Notes: generated from the sequence alone by a model not told the origin. DNA of 63,812 nt, filler included, from Octopus bimaculoides (GCF_001194135.2; 7 parts of 6 records of this genome joined end to end with filler, not necessarily neighbours in it), one strand, 5' to 3'; counted from the whole stretch's first letter, positions 1 through 14,647 are shown. Translations and numbers: made by a program.

Positions 1-816
1 TGTGTGTGTGTGTGTGTGTGTGTACGCGTGTGTGTGTGTGTGTGTGTACGCGTGTGTGTGTGTGTAGTTTTTTGAATTAAAAAGTTCAGAAACATCAAGT
101 GAAAAATGTCTCTTTACAAGATGGAGAATTTGAAAAATGATCAAATTGTAAAATTCGTTGAAACATCAGCCAAACACATTGGTTCACCTGTCAAAAAAAT
201 GTGTGACAATCTGCTCCAGAAAAATTCAAAGTCTCATTTATATCTCTCGTTAAATATATACATATGTATGTATACGTATTTATGTATTTACATACACATA
301 CATATACACAAACAGGCATACAGACACACAGACAGGCAGACACACACACACACTTTTTATATGAATTCCCCCAATATACTTTAATAAATCGGAGAGTACT
401 TCTAAGATTTTGCACCAAATTTACTTTGATTATAATTCTTTGTAGATTTTCTTTGATAATAAATTTGTTCACTATAATGCAAGTTTGATGTTGATGACTT
501 GTGAGAGTGTATACAGCCAAAGAAAGCTGACTGTTAGTACGACTATAATCATATATTAATTGAACAAGTGTGTTTATGTGTTCTTTTGTGTGGACGTGTG
601 TGTGTGAACGTGTGTGTGTGAACGTGTGTGTGTGGATGTGTGTGTGTGGACGTGTGTGTGCAGACGTGTGTGTGCATGTGCAGATGAAGACAAATTTCTG
701 ATATTTATCTGGATATGTATATCAATATATGCATATATATATATATATATCTATATATATGTATATGAATGTATGTATGTATATATATGTATAAAACTAT
801 TTCAAAATTCATATGC

Positions 817-867
<51 letters not shown>

Positions 868-897
868 TTGATTGTGTGTAAATAAGTTGTGTGTATA

Positions 898-1010
898 CAA
901 ATCAGACTGGAGCCTGGTGTTGCCATCCGGTTTCACCAGTCCTCAGTCAAATCGTCCAACCCATGCTAGCATGGAAAGCGGACGTTAAACGATGATGATG
1001 ATGATGATGA

Positions 1011-1013
<3 letters not shown>
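898..1013 (+). mobile_element. 5'-truncated RTE-clade LINE 3' tail ending in (GAT)n
   Basis: Ends ...CCATGCTAGCATGGAAAGCGGACGTTAAAC(GAT)n. Homologous to the 3' UTR of the RTE copy at 1051-1935 and identical to the reverse complement of 16735-16828. Confidence 0.8.
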
Positions 1014-1050
<37 letters not shown>

Positions 1051-1051
<1 letters not shown>

Positions 1052-1935
1052 TCATCATCATCATTATCATCATCATCATCATCATCATTTAACGTCCGTT
1101 GTTCATGCTGGCATGGGTTGGACGGTTTGACTGGGCTGGCACAGTGGAAGGCTGTACCAGATTCCAGTCTAATTTGGCATGGTTTTCTATGGTTAGATGC
1201 CTTTCCTAATGCCAACCACTCCAAGAGTGTAATGGATGCTTTTATGTGCCACCGCTATGGGTGCTAGGGTGCATCTACATGCTGCCAGCTTGGGTACCAA
1301 TTTACATGACGCCAGTATCTGCCACGACTGCGATTTTGCTCAGCTTGATGGGTCTTCTTCTCAAGCACAACATAAAGCCAAAGGTCTTGGCCATTGACTT
1401 CGTGGGGGCCAACACTCAAAAGGAACTTGGTCACTTTGCCTCCATGAGGCCCAACACATACAAGGAAATCAACCACTTTACTTCTCTGAGGCCCAATACT
1501 CAAAAGGAACTCAGCCCCTTTGCCTTCGTGAGGCCCAACATTTAAAACATGTTCTTTACGTGCCACTAGCACAGGTGCACTTGGCTTGACAGGTCCTCTC
1601 AAGCACAGAACATTGCCAAAGGTCTTGGTCACTGGTCATTACTTCTGTGAGGCTCAAAGTTTGAAGATCATGCTTTACCACCTCATCCTATGTCTTCCTG
1701 GGTCTATCTTTACCTCAGGTTCCCTCCACAGATAGAGATCGGTACTTCTTTACACAGCTGTCCTCATCCATACACACCACATGACCATACCAACACAGTT
1801 GTCTCTCTTGCACACCACATCTGATTCCTCTTATACCTAACTTTTCTCTCAAGATGCTCATACTTTATCAAACTGACATTGCACATCCAGCAAAGCATAC
1901 TGGCTTCATTTCTTTCAAGCCTACGCATATCCTCG
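1051..1935 (-). mobile_element. RTE-clade LINE 3' end (decayed ORF2 C-terminus, 3' UTR and (GAT)n tail)
   Basis: The minus strand reads EDMRRLERNEASMLCWMCNVS..LREKLGIRGIRCGVQERQLCWYGHVVCMDEDSCVKK..DRPRKT*DEVVKHDLQTL..DQDLW. This matches the RTE ORF2 C-terminal pattern (LRWYGHV.RM...GRPRKTW...DR..W), with stops and a frameshift. Confidence 0.85.
1407..1541. repeat. 42-bp tandem repeat, about 3.2 diverged copies, inside the RTE 3' region
   Basis: Units start at 1407, 1449, 1491 and 1533 (GCCCAACAC.CA.AAGGAA...CTTT.C.TC..GAG). Confidence 0.85.
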
Positions 1936-1939
1936 ACTG

Positions 1940-1980
<41 letters not shown>

Positions 1981-2525
1981 TAAAATACAGGGTAGCAAAG
2001 AAAATTTTAGAAATTTTATTTTACCACCNNNNNNNNNNNNNNNNNNNNNNNNNNNNNNNNNNNNNNNNNNNNNNNNNNNNNNNNNNNNNNNNNNNNNNNN
2101 NNNNNNNNNNNNNNNNNNNNNNNNNNNNNNNNNNNNNNNNNNNNNNNNNNNNNNNNNNNNNNNNNNNNNNNNNNNNNNNNNNNNNNNNNNNNNNNNNNNN
2201 NNNNNNNNNNNNNNNNNNNNNNNNNNNNNNNNNNNNNNNNNNNNNNNNNNNNNNNNNNNNNNNNNNNNNNNNNNNNNNNNNNNNNNNNNNNNNNNNNNNN
2301 NNNNNNNNNNNNNNNNNNNNNNNNNNNNNNNNNNNNNNNNNNNNNNNNNNNNNNNNNNNNNNNNNNNNNNNNNNNNNNNNNNNNNNNNNNNNNNNNNNNN
2401 NNNNNNNNNNNNNNNNNNNNNNNNNNNNNNNNNNNNNNNNNNNNNNNNNNNNNNNNNNNNNNNNNNNNNNNNNNNNNNNNNNNNNNNNNNNNNNNNNNNN
2501 NNNNNNNNNNNNNNNNNNNNNNNNN

Positions 2526-2600
<75 letters not shown>

Positions 2601-2606
<6 letters not shown>

Positions 2607-3310
2607 GGACAGATAAAAATAATAAGTACTCTTATTTTTCATAATGTATTTACACAAAAGCAGGGGATAATCAAATACATAATTTTTCTGTATAGTCTCC
2701 TTCCTATTCAATGCACTTGGTCCAGTGGTCCACAAATTTGTGTATTCACTGTAAGAGGGTTTTCGGCTGGTTGTGCAACCATTTATGCACCACTTCTTTC
2801 ACATCTTCATCCATAGGAAATTGATGACCTCATAAACCATCTTTGAACAGTCCAAATATATGACAGTCGGAGATTTGGGCTGTAGGCAGGGTGTTGCAGC
2901 ACCTCGAAGCCCAATTGGTTAATGGTTTCAACAGTCTGGGCTACTGTATGGAGGTGTGCATCAACATGCAACCAAAAAACCTTTCTTCAACAATAGGCTT
3001 CGACATTTGGTACGAATTGCTGGCTTCAGTTTTTGGGCCAACAAAGCACTGTATCATGCACTGTTGCTCGTACACCCCCTTTTCCAGAGAAATCGAATCA
3101 CTGCACTTTGTTGTTCTTTGGTGCACATTGCTAGTGGAGTGGCCATGCTGACATTGTAAGATCAGAAAGAAGAATGGCACAACCAGGCTCAAACTTCGGT
3201 AACGTGACCACAATAGTACCAATTATAAGCATGCATGCGCAGAAGCCAGTGTGACAATACTAAAGATATGTTATGGTGAAAATGTGGACAATTTATGACT
3301 TTCTCTTGTC
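2601..3310 (-). mobile_element. Internally deleted mariner (Tc1/mariner) element
   Basis: The minus-strand ATG at 3146 gives MATPLAMCTKEQQSAVIRFLWKRG (mariner N-terminus), joined directly to KLKPAIRTK..TVETINQLGFEVLQHPAYSPNL..DEDVKEVVHKWLHNQPK..KFVDHWTKCIE*EGDYTEK (YSPDL-type motif and C-terminus). The left end begins at a TA. The right boundary is approximate. Confidence 0.85.
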
Positions 3311-4557
3311 TATATATAAACATTGTCATCAGTTGCATGACAGAATCAACATGGAAATTGAAATGTCTGCAGGAATATATACATTCTAGTAGACATTAAA
3401 TAACCATGGTTTACATATATATATATTTATATATGCATACATATGTATATAGATATACACAAATATTTAGTATAACTATATGTCGTCATACAGTTACACG
3501 AATATGCCTATTTGAATCTTCCAGCTGCTGTACGTTTATGGTCATATTAGTATCAGTGCTTCCCTCTATCTGACTGTATGTAACACTAACACAGCATTTC
3601 ACTGAAAGACACAGCACACATACTACTGTATGGTGAGAGTATGTATTTATTTGCACACATCTTCTTCACATATATGCACAAGAGTTTATATAAATTGTGA
3701 ACAAGGAAATATTTTTTGGTTTTTCATGCTTGAACCAACTTGAAAATATATATTTTAGGAGGAAAAAGCTCATTGGTTAAGCAGAAGAATTTTGAATCTC
3801 TATTAATTGAAATGAAAAGAAATTCAGCACGGAAAAAGCAATTTTCCCTAAATTAGATTAAATGCTTGAATGAATTAAAAATATCTTTCACCGTATTTTT
3901 ATTTTGAGCTTGTCATAATTTAAACTTTTACTTTCCATTTTATTATGTTTTTAGATCATTTATTCATTTATTTTATTGCTTGCTCTCTATCATTTTAGTT
4001 TTGGTAAATTTTAATTTCCATTGCAGGGCAGCGTATATTACGAGTATTTGCCTTAAAAATTACTTTTAATTTTTTTTTTTTTTTTTTTCTTTCTGTTATT
4101 GAAATCATGCTAGTATAAAATATATGCTTTTTGGACTTCTCTGCTAAAATGTCTGATAGCATTGATGGAAAACAAATTACACTTTCCAAATGGAAAATTC
4201 AGTTGGAAAATGAATAACTAAAATTAACCCCCACCCCCACAAAAAACCCTTAATGCACAGATACCAGCAACTCTTCACCATGTACATAATTCTGATGAAA
4301 TATTAAATAAAAAATATAATCAAGATATTTGTTTTTTAATGGGCAAAAAATCTGAATTTATTTTATTTAAAAATAAATGACTGCTATTGGTCAGATTTTT
4401 ATTTTTCATATTACCTTTGTTCATGTTTTAGGTGTTGCTCACTATCATTGAATATGCAATATACATACATGCATAATATAGATATACATATATATGTGTG
4501 TATATAATTATGCATATATCGCACACACATATATATATACATATTGTATATATATAT

Positions 4558-4645
<88 letters not shown>

Positions 4646-5890
4646 AGATATGTGTGTGTCAGTATGTATATATATATATGTTTATATACATACACAAACA
4701 TATTTGTATGTGCCTGTGAGTGTATGGGTGTATGTATATGTATGTGGGTATATATATAACCATCCTCACCACCACAACCACCACCACTGCCACCACCACT
4801 GCTGCCACCGCCACCGCCGCCGCCACCACGGTGGATAAGGGAGATTGGAGTAGGGCCCAAACAGAGGCAAATACAGTAATGCTGAAGGGCAGAACTCATC
4901 CTCATTGTGGCATGTTTGAGAGATGTATTAAAGAGAGCATTGTTACAGAAGAATTAGGGAGGGTAATGGGTAACTAACCCCCTCTATTAATTTTACTCTG
5001 AAGGCATTGGTTGGCCTGAAACTATAGTAAAAGACAAGAGACCGTGCATTGAGATAGAACTCAAAACCACATCAGTCAGAAGCAAAGTTTCTAGTCACAT
5101 TATGTCTTGAAATTATCTCCCTTTCATTGCAATTACCACTGGGTTTTTGTTATCTTTTCTCCAACAAAGGAGAAAAATTCAATTAATTAAATTTTTCTTG
5201 TGTACAGCCTACACTACACTTAATTAGCCAAATTCACACCAGCAGCATATTTTAATTATCTTCTGTAGATTATTTTTCTTTTATCATAATTAATTACTGC
5301 CTTTGACATAGAGATTAAAGTGTTTTTATCATTATTTTTAATGTTTGTTTTATTCATAAAGGGTTTCACAGGTTTTGCCCATGAGCGGATTTTGAATCTA
5401 GGCTAATCTTTACCCATGTGCAAAAGGTTCCTCATACGTAATGCAGATCCAACAACATTGGCTGTGACACTTGTTTTGTTGCTGTCCACCATGGTGACTA
5501 TCACACCTTTACAGTCAGGATTTGGATTATGGAATATTTTGCATGGAATTTTAACTCTTTTACACTTCAGTTGAGTTTTGCTTAAAACTTTTCCAAATAG
5601 TTAATGAAATATCAGCTCACAGAACACTACCATGATGCTGCAAATAGCATGACATGTTGCCATATTCACGTCATTTAAACTATCAAAATATGAAACTTGG
5701 AACACTTAAAACTGTTTTCCTATTAGAAGTGGAGTAAAAGTAAAAAACAAAAAAACAGAAGACAAATTCCAAGAATTAAATTTCTCACCGAGAATGTCAC
5801 AAAGTAGTTGTAGGTATTGATGCAACACAGAACAGAAAAGTAACAAAGAATGATAAACAGATGCACCTCAGTCTCAGGAAAGTGATCGCA

Positions 5891-5986
<96 letters not shown>

Positions 5987-6462
5987 ATCTTTATCTCTCT
6001 GCCATTTGAAGGACCTAGACAGGCCTAAGGCCAAAGTATACTTCACTGTCAAAGTATTTAGATCTGTCCAACAAATTCTTGATATATCACTGGATGTTTT
6101 AAATATTTCTTTGAGTTAGATAACATCAAGCAGGTTTCTATAACCACAAACCATCACAACCTTGATAAAGCCATTTCTTATCATCTGTTTTAATCAGGCA
6201 TCCATAACACATGTCTTCTTTTCAACATCACCTCTCACCAAGCAACATCACCTCTCACTCGTCAATTTCAAACGTTAACAGAAAGACAACATGAAGTTGT
6301 TCTTGAGGAAATAAAAGAAAAGAATTTCTCCACTTGCATTCAGATATGGGAAAGTCCTCCTAGTACACACACCCATACATACATACACACATACATACAC
6401 ACATACATACATACATAAGTATGTATCTATGCATATGTGTATACATATATAGTATGTGTGTA

Positions 6463-6501
<39 letters not shown>

Positions 6502-6744
6502 GTGTGTGTGTTGGTAGATATTGTTTGGGTGCATACATTATGATTGCAGTGTACATGATGCATATTAACCATTCAGAAACACACAAAGACTGTCAACTTC
6601 ATTTCGACATTTGTTGATTTAAAAATTTTCCTTGTTCTAAACTGCAATTTCGTCTCTGACAAGGTTGTTGCATTTAGATTGTGGCTTGGAGCAACAGAAA
6701 TGATGAGACCATATAACAAACCATAAATGTTTAAGTGAAGTTAA

Positions 6745-6821
<77 letters not shown>

Positions 6822-9800
6822 TCTGAATGTCTTCCACACAGCAATCCCTTTACTTTCAACACATGGTTCTCAGATCAAAACACATACCATGTAAGCTCAT
6901 CTCTTTAATACATGTGAGTGTGTGTGAAATTGCATATTTAAAAATTAAAATGTACTAAGATAAGTGGAAGAATAGCCTGAATTGAAATAAGTTAGACGTC
7001 TAAGAATTAGTAAAACTAATGACACAATTATTGCAGCTCTTGATGCACCTTCACAGCTTCTGATGCAGTTGCATTTTACTCCTGATACTAAAATATTCCC
7101 CACTTCAGCTCTTCATAGTCAATGCAAGTGCAAGAAATATCAACAAAATTTTCCTCATGTTAAACAGCTCCATTTTAAATAAATATCACATGGGATAACT
7201 TAGTCTGGGATATACAATTCCTGAAACCAAAAGGCAGGGAGGTCAGCGTTAGAAAATCTTTAATTAAAAAAATGCCCAATCAATGGTGAACCACAGCTAA
7301 ATATTGGTTTCAAATTTTGGCACAAGGCCAGTAATTTCAAGGGAGGGGCTAAATTGATTGCATCAACCCCCAGAGCTCAACCCCAGGACACAACTTAATT
7401 TATCGTCCCCATAAGGATAAAAAGCAACATTGATCTCTGCAGAATTTGAACTCATTGAGACGTGTTTTATGATGTCTTATTTTGAAAATATGCCTTTCTA
7501 AATATTTATTTCTTGACTTTAAACACAGTTCTTAGAGTCTGTATTCCATGAACACAGTTCAAATATATCTTTTCTAATGTATAAGTTCCTCTCATTCATC
7601 TGTCTATATGTTCCTGTTACACAGTCTTCAGTAATCTATGTGCGTTCTCCTCATCCAGCAGTTAATATGCTCTACCTCATCTTTACTGTGCTCAGATTCC
7701 ACATTAAACACTACAACCAATCTTTCTGCCCCCAGATCAGTGATAGTTAAGAATTACTTCCCACCTGTGTTCTACAGGCACCACCCAACAGATGTTCAAA
7801 TATATCAATCTCACTAGTTTTTAATTCAGGCCTTAAAGTAATGACCACTGTCCACCCAACTCCTCAAAGAATCTTATAACAAAAATATCTCTAAAAAGAT
7901 TTGTTCTTTCCTTACAGCAGTCAATGTGTCCTACTTACACAGTTTACACAATATACAATTTTTGTGGAAAACTATAACATTGAAGCAATTTATTATAGAT
8001 GTTTGTGACTTTACATCAAACCTAAATACATCTGGGAAAAATCAATCACTTACTGCAGTGTGTAGAAAAAAACATTGTCAGAGAAGATAAAAATGAAAAC
8101 GAAAAAATATCAATCCAACCAATGCCAAATGAAAATGTCATGTGATCATTAATGGGATGGTGAGTTATTGTTTTTGTTTAGCCCAGGTCATCCCTGATTG
8201 AGTGCATATATGATCAAATACATCCCGGTTATGACCACTCTGCCTTTTCAGATGAACAAGAGGAGTGTATATTATCCAATGTCATCCTTCCACTTCTAAA
8301 AATGATGGAAAGATTTAACTCAGAAGTCAACATTGAAATCATTGACTTTGTGCAATGCCCGGAGAAAATTTTGCTGGATAGATAATTAACCTCGTTAGCT
8401 TGAATATGATTAGAAATCTTGAGTGCAAGGATTAAGTGAAAATGGTTCAGGGTTTTCACTAGCTTACCTTTATTTCGTACTTGACTGTGCTTACTTTGGT
8501 ATCCATCTCTCTTGAGAGACAATGGGGTTTTGCATCACTAATCAATCAGGAATTAATATGCAGCACAATGGGAGCAAGAAAACCAGCCCCACAGTGGCAC
8601 TAAAGTGACCTCTTCGTATTGCATTCTTGGGCAACATGTGTGGAGGTCCTGGGTTGCTCAGATCTTGGAATAACCTTCTTTGCCTCATTACTATGGTCCA
8701 TAGGAGCTTAGAACAGTATATTTGGCACCAGTATAGTTGTATAAGTTGCTGAATGAGTATCATGTTAAACACCAGACCGCCATAAGAGCTCCCCTGTGGT
8801 CGTGTTCAAACAACAAACTCTTCCCTAAATGGGATTCCAATACACAGTGTCTCACCAAATATATTGTTACATATGTTACAGTATCAAGGGCAACAGTTTA
8901 TATCATGTTACATGGACTGCTTTTAGCTTTGGGTGTCTTAGTCCTGCTAGCTACAAACAGCATTACAGAATGAAATAAGCAACAGTTGTTTTGTGGAATT
9001 ACTAACTGACCCATTGCTTTGCTATCCTAAGTTGAAGTTGTAAAAGCTACCAATGGCAAATCAGTGTCCTGTAGAAAAACTGTTTCTATTGACTTTACAC
9101 AGAAATTACATTAGTCTTGTGTTTATTTGATGTTTATTTATTTATCTTATTATTTTTTTTTTTGAAGGAGACAATAAGAAGTATTAAACCCATATAAAAA
9201 AGGGATAAATAAGGCTGAAATAAATAAAATCTTTAAAAACAAGACAACAAGAGAACTTCTTGAATATTCACCTATGAAAAGCCATATTATAATTAGGTTT
9301 CAAATAAAGTCAATAATTGTAATATATAGCTTTTAGTCATTTGATAAACAATAAATATATCACATTAATAAAGTTTATATAATTCATATACTTATAATGT
9401 GATAAAGCAAAACTAAACATTTAGAGTTAATTGATTAATTTTGGTTGGACAATTTGATAATTGTATTGATGAGACATCACTGCCATATTCTTTTTATCAG
9501 AACATCAATATCTGTGATCAGGAATAAAGGTATTTATCTTGGTATTTCGTAAACAATCTGATAAATTTCATAGAAATGTGTCCTTCACGTTCACAATGTC
9601 CAACAAACCTGTAGAATTCCCCAAATACTATATTTATCTTTCTGAATATTTCTAATTATTGATGATACAGTTTAAACTTATTTTACATAAAACTTCAAAT
9701 ATATCAACAGAAGATGGCTTTGATTTCTCACTTCATAAGAAGAGAAAAGATTAGTAAGATATAGCAAAAATACAGTTACCATAGAAACCGATGAGGAGTT

Positions 9801-10579
9801 AACCTGCAATTATTTGATAAAATACCAAATGCCCCATGGTTTCCTCTCGCATTATTTTTTGATTTTATGAGAAATATTCGGAATATAACAAGCATTATTA
9901 TATAATGGAATCTGAGACATCTGAGTTGAGATTGCTATAACATACTAAAAGGTTGGTATGTTATATATTGTCACCAGAAGTGGATTAATATATCTGTGAC
10001 CAACAGACTCAATTCACAGTTTTCAAGTCTATAATCCAATATCTCCATAAACACAGCTCCCCACTGTCACCACCACCATCACCGCTCTGTTGTGGCAGCA
10101 TTGATGAGTGTTTCATTTGCTTGCTTCCAATATCAACTTAAACTTCTCTTTTTTTTTTTGTCAGTATAGATAAAAGGGAGGATTTATCTGGCTCATTTAT
10201 CGCACATACACTCTATAAAGTCATGGTTTTCATTGATGCTTTTATGATTCAATAAATTATAGAATGCACCAAAGCATATTGATACCAAGATTGGTTCTCA
10301 GTAGTCATGTGTTAGTGTTGTAGCTTATAACTAGGTCCATGTCTTATCTATAAATTTGTTTTACCTATTTATTTATAGACACAAAACATTGCATAAACAC
10401 AAAATATTGACTATAGAAAGAAGTAGGAAATGAAATTATGTGACGACTAGCTTAGTTTCCTTTCAGCCATTAATAATGAATGAAATTATTTCTATAGGGA
10501 ATTGAAACTGGGTCAATATTCTAGCTTACTTTGAGTCTTTCTCAACAGTAACCTGGCAATTTAACTCACTTTCAAAGTA

Positions 10580-11870
10580 ACAACAGCAACAGAAATGATG
10601 CCAATAGAAAATCAATATTGAGTCTCTTTCAGATCCAGCCAAGGCAGAGCAGTTTGAGCAACGTCTGTCTTCCAACAGCAGAGAATATTGCAAACACTTT
10701 GGAAATACATATGATGCACTCTAAAGCTAGGCATATCTGTTGTGACTTCTAAAGAGTTTTTTTAGGCTTCGAGGCAAGAAAACACTAAGATTGATTTGAA
10801 GAAAATAATGCCAAATCCAATTAGCTGATCAACGGAAAAAGAGGTTTTCTGGGGAATCAAAAGAACAAGAATGACAAGCAGAAGAATAAGAACGGTGAGC
10901 AAGCTTGCCAGACGTTCTTGAGTCTCGTGGAAAGAAAACATTGCTGACAAGGACAAAATCTGAAACTAGCAGCTTTTTGACAGAAAAATGAAAGTAACTT
11001 CACATTTCTACCAAAATCTTATCAATAATCATAAAAGGAAAGTTTTCCAGCAAGGAAAGGCCACAATCGTTTACAGAAGAACAGGCAAAGAAGAACAATT
11101 AATGGTATAGGGTACTTGAAGAAATTGGTTAACATAAGAATTTTCTGCAACATGACTATAGCAATCTATTTGACCTTTGCTGAATCTTCATTGGTTATTG
11201 AACTTCTGTAAGAGGTAGATGAGACAACAGTTAGTGGGACTTCAAAACGACAAGTAATTACTGGTATTTCCATGGGTACATATGACAACATAAAGCTAAG
11301 TCTTAGTGTAAGTAAAACAAAAGTCTAGCATTGATAAACACACAAGAAAGAACTTGATCCAATCAGTCAAGTATACAAACATATCCTGGAATATATGAAG
11401 TACATTTTCTATATCTGAGTAATCAATTATCACAAAACATATTGATGGGGGGGGGGTCCAATACAAGATGCACCAGCATAAGTTTTGGTAATCTAAGAAG
11501 ACAGATGTATGAAGATCAGGATCTGGGACACACACCAAGCAGTTTTTTGGCTCGTTACTCTTGATGAGTAATTTTTCTCAAAGATGGAAACATACTACCA
11601 GAAATGCTGGAAGGAATTCCTCTATATTAAATGTCAGACAGAACAATATCCACATGTTCACACAAACTAGTGTTGCCTGGACTGAAATCAGAAGTAAACA
11701 ACATCAGCTTCATTGGACTGGCTACGTCATTCAGGTCATTGGCCGCCCAAACAACTGGAAAAAGAAAACTAAATATAAAGAGGAACAAAGAACTTGTTCA
11801 AAGATTTGCTTAAAGAAACATTGGAAGTGTAGCACCAGTGCGTGGGAATTATTGGTGACTAACTGACTGT
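10580..11870 (+). mobile_element. Highly decayed RTE (BovB-like) LINE ORF2 remnant
   Basis: LGFEARKH*D*FEENN (about 10763-10810) corresponds to RKHQDWFDEN. FGNLRRQMYEDQG (about 11485) and QHQLHWTGYVIQV (about 11700) correspond to QLRWAGHV.RM. Many stops and deletions; boundaries approximate. Confidence 0.75.
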
Positions 11871-12734
11871 TGTGGAGCTCAGTCGTCTATGCTAGACCCC
11901 AACACACTGTCACAACCCCAGCTCAGTGATAAATAGAAACATAGATAACAACTTGAAGTGTCTCTTCTCTCAAAAACACTTTATAAAGCCAGAGCTCTAC
12001 ATAATCCCTGAACCAATTACCTGAGTACTTACAATCAGTACTCACAAGAGTTCTTGAAGTCAATTTTCGCAAAAGTACTCCAGATCAGCATTCAGAAAAG
12101 TATTTGTACTCAGTGCTGTGAACTGAAAAACATTTGTGAGTTTTATAGTGCAGCCACTGTCTACAGTGGTAAAATATGTCATTTTGTGAAAATATTACAC
12201 AGAGATAAGTAAAGATCAGTGTTGAAAGATAAGAGTATTTATTATATTCTGGACAGGGTAAAGTAACATGGCTTCATTGCTATAATTCAATGACTGCTGC
12301 TTTATCAATTTGCTCATCTCTGCATTCATTTTTCTCAAGAGATGATAAAACTGAGTGTGAGATTCCACTTTTTTTGCCATTTTATATCATTCTCCTTCTG
12401 GTTATTATATCTTGGCTGTTTGCCAAGTTACAATAAATAAAATACTGAATGTTATCTGCATTAAGCCCCCCACTCATCTTGTTAATGATAAATCATTGAT
12501 TGTTATGTTCAGTTTGTAAATAGGCTAATTACTCCTAGGAGAGTCTAATCACCAAAGAGAATGGTGGAGAGAGTTTTAGTTTTCTGTGTCTTTTTTTCCC
12601 CCCTCTAACTGAATAAATATTTCGCTACAACTGCTTTTTGTGAGACTACATTTTCTGTCTTTGGCATATTTTTCATTTCATTATGATTTTGTAAAGTACA
12701 ATATTCAGTGTTATTGTCAGCCCTTGTAAAGGCA

Positions 12735-12872
12735 TGTCACTTTGTGATTAGGGTGTTTGGCTCATTATCATAATGTCAAGGGTTCAATTCCTGGTTTGTG
12801 TCTTCAAGCAAGACACTTCCATTTCATGTTGCTTCAGTTTACACAACTGAAAATTAGTACCAGCTGAATTTT
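12735..12872 (+). mobile_element. Decayed tRNA-derived SINE (family D)
   Basis: B-box-like GGTTCAATTCC followed by CAAGCAAGACACTT..ATTTCATGTTGCT. Similar to 15716-15850 and 51130-51221. Confidence 0.5.
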
Positions 12873-14647
12873 GCTAGTGCAGCACTCTTCCCCCTATCTA
12901 TTTGACACATTTTGAATGTGCCACTGGGTCAAAGGATGAAAGAGTCAAAATGGTATTCAGGTCCACAACCCTATCATGTTATGTTCCTGGTGTAGCAGGA
13001 ATAGCCTAAACATAATCTCTACTGGATTCCCATTAAAGAAGTAATGAACCAACACACACACAGAAAAAGAAGATGAAATACTGAAAATACACAACCAATC
13101 ATGTTGCAGCTTTGTAGTCACGTGTGTTTACCACTCATTGTTAATGACATTCCACATAGATGTTGTTTACTTTTATTTTTAATTGAAAAAAAAAAACTGG
13201 ATTTTTGTCATGAGATGAGTGTGTGATGAACCCAACACTTTGTCTGGTAAAAGAGCAAGGTCAAGATTTAAAATTGACAAAATTGTTAATGATATTTATT
13301 TTTTGGACAAAGAGTTTAGCATTACACTGGTAATGAGAGTAATTGAGACAATCAAACTGGTAAAAGTGATGAGGAAAATAGCTTGCCATCAACTAAATTC
13401 CTCTCAGAAAGTCACTTGTCAAAGCAAGGTATCAAATCCAGAACCACATAGTTGTAAAGCCAATATCTTGGCCATGCAGCCATGGCTTGACCACATACAA
13501 TTGACCATATAGTTATGTCTGGTAATTGAGCAGAGATGTTCTATTAATATTTCTAAACGATGTTAAATAAAGACTGGTTGCACTTGCTTTATTATCAAAT
13601 ATCATCAAGCAAGAGAGATTAATTACCTTCTAATTAGTTTTAAACAAATGAACATCAAAGAAACAAACTCCAGGATTTGATTTGAATTGTGTCATCAATG
13701 AAAGAACATTTGAGTTTGAGAGTAAGGAATAAAAGAAAGTGATGCATGTCTCTTTATAATATATTCCAAAGGTGTTGTTGTTGTTGTTGTTGTTGTAGAG
13801 GTTCTCTCTATGGATTGTGTTCCTTGAGAGAGAGTAGAGTAGGAATGAAAAGCAATTTGATTGGACGTTGACTCAACTACATGAATTGATCTTATTCACT
13901 TAGACAAGGTCATGTGATTAACATTCTTAAATTCTTGATTCCAAGATAAACTAAAAGGGTCAAATAGTGTTAGTAGGGGAAGAATAAAACAAGTGCAATT
14001 GAAAAGAGCAAAATGATGCTATGTTTAATATAAGGAGTTTAATGTGAAGAACTGTTGTTGTGTTTGCTGTTAAGAACTATGAAATATTTCAAGGGGAACG
14101 CTGTTTAATGGTTGTTAGGAAATAGTGTTTGATGTGACAAACTTATTATTCAGCGGGAAGCTGCACCATTTTGAGTGAAGCTCTGTAAGTAATGGCTGAT
14201 GTTAAATGGGATGAACAAATGAATTTTCATGGAGTAGATTAGTGAAGTGTTTGATGCGAAGAACAGTGGAACATTTTAAGACACAAATTACCATAACTGC
14301 TCATGCAAAACAATGTTTAATGTACAAAAAACAAAAACAATCACTTTTAATGTTTACTTAAAATAATAAAAAGATAAAATACTATAATTTACTTTTTAAG
14401 GTTACATATGGTAGTTCATTTGAAAAACAGTATAATGATATATCTAAAGTAGAGTGCAATGGTGGGAAGAACTGTGTGATGCTTGTATGGAAGAAACAAG
14501 TAAAAATTGATGGCAAAATTAATGCATATTTCTAATATGAAGGGTAATGTGAGGTTTGAGGGTAAGTTTGGTCAAAACAAAGAATTTAGTGTAATGTTTG
14601 ATACATAAAGTTCCCATGAAAGGCAGTGTAGTGTTTGGTAAGAATGG

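Noticed and set aside
8229-8973. Three adjacent ORFs of 76-97 aa
   Set aside because: No recognisable motif and no consistent splice sites. Possibly very old LINE debris, but I cannot support a call.
10633-10730. Apparent exon after a CTCTTTCAG acceptor (DPAKAEQFEQRLSS..)
   Set aside because: It hits a stop and is collinear with the decayed RTE ORF2, so it is not a host exon.
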